Origin: Opitutales bacterium | GTDB taxonomy: Bacteria; Verrucomicrobiota; Verrucomicrobiia; Opitutales; Coraliomargaritaceae | Length of the DNA: 22,247 bases | Assembly: GCA_049598495.1 (NCBI GenBank) | Contig: JBMYNR010000026.1 | Coordinates: 1 to 22,247, forward strand | Direction of reading: 5' to 3' | Part shown: in pieces, positions 19,688 through 22,247 of the stretch | Position numbering within the stretch: the stretch's first letter is position 1 | Layout of the letters: each line of letters starts with the position of its first letter | Position numbers and translations under genes: made by a program | Notes under the pieces: generated by a model | Seen by the model: only the letters and a program-made list of their open reading frames with translations | Told to the model about the DNA's origin: nothing | Databases searched by the model: none

Positions 19688-20887
19688 ATGTTCAGGTATC
19701 CAACGATGACGGATCTTTTTGAGATCTTTTGGATTTATCTGAAACTGGGTAGCATTTCATTCGGTGGGCCCGTCGCTCACATCGGCTACTTCAAAGAAGA
19801 GTTCGTCAATCGGCGGCGCTGGATCAACGAGGCACAATTCAGCGAACTCTTCGGGCTCTGCCAGTTTATCCCGGGGCCATCGAGCAGCCAACTCGGATTT
19901 GCCATCGGCTGGCACCGATGCGGTATGCTCGGTGCCTGTTTTGCCTGGCTCGGCTACACCCTCCCCTCGGCAATCATTATGTTTGCTTCCGCCTACGGCA
20001 TTTTTGCCCTGGGCGGCTGCCTCGACTCAATCATTGCCGGCCTGCTAATTGCCGCTGTCGCTGTCGTCGCAAATGCAATATGGAGCTTAGGAAGAAAGCT
20101 ATGCCCGGATCGGCAGCGAATCCTGATCGCTGCCCTGAGTGCCATAATTGTGACGTGCTCGTCGACTGCCTTTGCGCAAGTCATCGCCATTATCCTTGGC
20201 GCCTTTTTGGGATTAAAATTAAGCAGGGACATTGGAGAGACAAAGATGCACGGGCACGCTTCGAAAAAAGCAAGAAGCAAGCTTGGAACAACAATCACCC
20301 TGACAGCGCTGCTTCTCTACATCGTTCTACTTGTAGCGAGTCTCATAATGAGCGCAGACAGTCCGGGAGGTCTCTACGCACTCCATTATCGTGCGGGTGC
20401 CCTCGTCTTTGGGGGTGGACACGTCGTCCTCCCCCTTCTGCATGACAGTATCGTAGTCGGGGGCCTCGTTGCCGAAGAGCAATTTCTGGCCGGTTACAGT
20501 GCGGCTCAGACACTTCCAGGCCCGCTCTTCTCGCTCGCAGCATTCGTGGGAACCGTCTCGGAAAGTACCATTCCGCTCTGGTTGGGCGGACTCGGAGCCC
20601 TCCTCGCTCTCTTTCTCCCTGGCCTGCTTCTCTTAATCGGGCTACTCCCTTTTTGGCGTCAAATCCGCGAGCAAAGAGAAATACAGGCGGCTCTTCGTGG
20701 CGCAAATGCCGCTGTCGTTGGCCTACTGCTGGCCGCCCTCATCGATCCAGTCTGGGCCCATGGGATTGGAAGCATCACCGATGGAACGATCGGACTGATT
20801 GCCTTGCTGGCCCTCTCGCGCTTGAAGGCACCAGCCTGGGCGATTGTGCTCTGCTGTGGTTTAGCCGGTCATCTCCTGCATTTATAA
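19688..20887 (+). CDS. chrA: Chromate efflux transporter (CHR family, long chain)
   Basis: Two CHR repeats: SFGGP.AHIG...CQFIPGPSSSQ and VFGGGHVVLP...AQTLPGP. Alternative start at 19706. Confidence 0.93.
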   Translation: MFRYPTMTDLFEIFWIYLKLGSISFGGPVAHIGYFKEEFVNRRRWINEAQFSELFGLCQFIPGPSSSQLGFAIGWHRCGMLGACFAWLGYTLPSAIIMFASAYGIFALGGCLDSIIAGLLIAAVAVVANAIWSLGRKLCPDRQRILIAALSAIIVTCSSTAFAQVIAIILGAFLGLKLSRDIGETKMHGHASKKARSKLGTTITLTALLLYIVLLVASLIMSADSPGGLYALHYRAGALVFGGGHVVLPLLHDSIVVGGLVAEEQFLAGYSAAQTLPGPLFSLAAFVGTVSESTIPLWLGGLGALLALFLPGLLLLIGLLPFWRQIREQREIQAALRGANAAVVGLLLAALIDPVWAHGIGSITDGTIGLIALLALSRLKAPAWAIVLCCGLAGHLLHL

Positions 20888-20935
20888 AACCGGCATTATA
20901 GACTTGTACTATTGGTAGTGGGCCCCATCGTAGGA

Positions 20936-22072
20936 ATGATGCCGACGACGATCGCCCCCCATTCAAATAAAATTCTAAAAGGTGAGTTCTGGACCGCCAA
21001 GCAACGAGACGGACATGCTATCCACGAAGTCTCTTACCGGGCTTGCTACAAACCGCAATTACCTGCCTACTTCATCAGTCGATACACCCGACCAGGCGAC
21101 TGGGTCTATGACCCCTTCATGGGGCGCGGCACCACGCTTATCGAAGCTAAACTACTTGGCCGTAATGTTATCGGAAACGACGTGAATCCGCTCAGCGAGA
21201 TACTGACCGCGCCACGTCTCTGCCAGCAGGATATGACGATCATCAGCGAGCGAATCCGGGCCGTCTCATTACCCAGCATAGAGATCGAGAACGAAGAACT
21301 TCTCGTATTTTTTGAAGCTAAGACACTAAAAGAACTTTACGGATGGCGACAGTATTTCGCATCCCGAAAAAATACCGGCGAATACGATCACGTCGATGCA
21401 TGGCTACAGATGGTGGCCTGCAATCGGTTAACAGGACACTCCAAGGGCTTTTTCTCGGTATACACCCTTCCTCCGAATCAGGCCACAACTCTGAATGCTC
21501 AACGCAAGATCAATGAGAAGCGTCAGCAAGCTCCGGACTACCGAGACACGAAAGCACTCATACTTAAGAAATCCAAGAGTCTCCTACGGCAGGCGTTGCC
21601 TATAAGCTATGACCAAACGCGCTCCACCCTGCTCTGTCGCTCTGCCGATGATACCCCGGAGATCCCCAATGAGACGGTCCAACTCGTTGTCACCTCCCCC
21701 CCATTCCTCGACATCGTTAATTACGTGGGCGACAATTGGCTCCGGAACTGGTTTTGCCAATGTGCGCCGGAAAAAGGAAAACTCTGGCAGCTTCGTAAAC
21801 TTGAGGACTGGACTTCGAAGATGACGGCATCGCTAAGTGAAATGGCCCGTATCACCAGGCCAGATGGGCGAATCGCCCTTGAAGTCGGCGAAGTCCGAAA
21901 AGGAAAGCTAAAACTCGAGGAACAGATCATTCTCGCCGGGCAAGCGGCCGGACTCCGAGTCGAATACACGCTGATTAACTCACAAAATTTCACAAAGACC
22001 GCCAACTGCTGGGGCGTCCGGAATAATACTCGCGGGACGAACAGCAACCGTATCGTACTATTCAGGAAATAA
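20936..22072 (+). CDS. Amino-type DNA methyltransferase (N4-cytosine-like; motif I before motif IV)
   Basis: DPFMGRGTT (21110-21136) near the N-terminus and VVTSPPF (TSPPF 21692-21706) much later. Confidence 0.82.
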   Translation: MMPTTIAPHSNKILKGEFWTAKQRDGHAIHEVSYRACYKPQLPAYFISRYTRPGDWVYDPFMGRGTTLIEAKLLGRNVIGNDVNPLSEILTAPRLCQQDMTIISERIRAVSLPSIEIENEELLVFFEAKTLKELYGWRQYFASRKNTGEYDHVDAWLQMVACNRLTGHSKGFFSVYTLPPNQATTLNAQRKINEKRQQAPDYRDTKALILKKSKSLLRQALPISYDQTRSTLLCRSADDTPEIPNETVQLVVTSPPFLDIVNYVGDNWLRNWFCQCAPEKGKLWQLRKLEDWTSKMTASLSEMARITRPDGRIALEVGEVRKGKLKLEEQIILAGQAAGLRVEYTLINSQNFTKTANCWGVRNNTRGTNSNRIVLFRK

Positions 22073-22202
22073 TACAATGGCAAGAAATGACACAGATTCG
22101 AAGTGGTCGTCGCGCTTCACAAGAACGCACAAATACTACCAATTCGAAAAGGTCTGATCCACTGGGCAGTTTGCCAACCTTATACGTCCGCCACCTCTCG
22201 AA

Positions 22203-22243
22203 AAGGCCTCATCCCTGCCCGTTCGGCGAGCTCAGGGCCTTGA
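22203..22243. repeat. REP-like palindromic element, possibly truncated by the window end
   Basis: AAGGCC..GGCCTT and CCCTG..CAGGG inverted pairs. The core TTCGGCGAGCTCAGGGCCTTGA resembles, from memory, TTCGAC-AAG-CTCAGGG-type intergenic repeats. Confidence 0.4.
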
Positions 22244-22247
22244 ATCG

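Noticed and set aside
21696..21702. C7 run in the MTase catalytic motif as a phase-variation tract
   Set aside because: It is short, in frame and explained by Ser-Pro-Pro codons.

Overview
Bacterial chromosomal window, mostly housekeeping. Gene style, the three-subunit sdhCAB, paired exbD genes and intergenic palindromes suggest Verrucomicrobiota (Opitutia/Coraliomargarita-like); this is an inference. Minus-strand block at the left: Tat-exported hydroxypyruvate-isomerase-like protein, SAM methyltransferase, two exbD genes without exbB, a 306-bp non-coding element with 18-bp terminal inverted repeats and a TTA duplication, and sdhCAB. Middle: pyrG, a LysN-like aminotransferase, an operon of alpha/beta hydrolase, DJ-1, O-antigen-ligase-like protein and a disulfide oxidoreductase, then tRNA-Gly(CCC). 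A second minus-strand run reads CBS, cNMP-FHA (broken), FHA, ybaB, recR, M50 protease. Right: ROK kinase, a candidate GU-rich sRNA, DUF2288, chrA and an orphan amino-DNA methyltransferase. The most interesting items are: (1) a putative nucleotide/phosphothreonine signalling module (CBS + cNMP-FHA + FHA) upstream of ybaB-recR, whose central gene appears broken by a microhomology-type deletion; (2) the structured MITE/REPIN-like element; (3) an orphan minus-strand terminator preceded by (GUUUGUU)3, suggesting an unannotated sRNA with GcvB-like architecture; (4) a ROK kinase lacking two zinc cysteines; (5) a tRNA-Gly with an A73 discriminator. No databases or folding programs were run.
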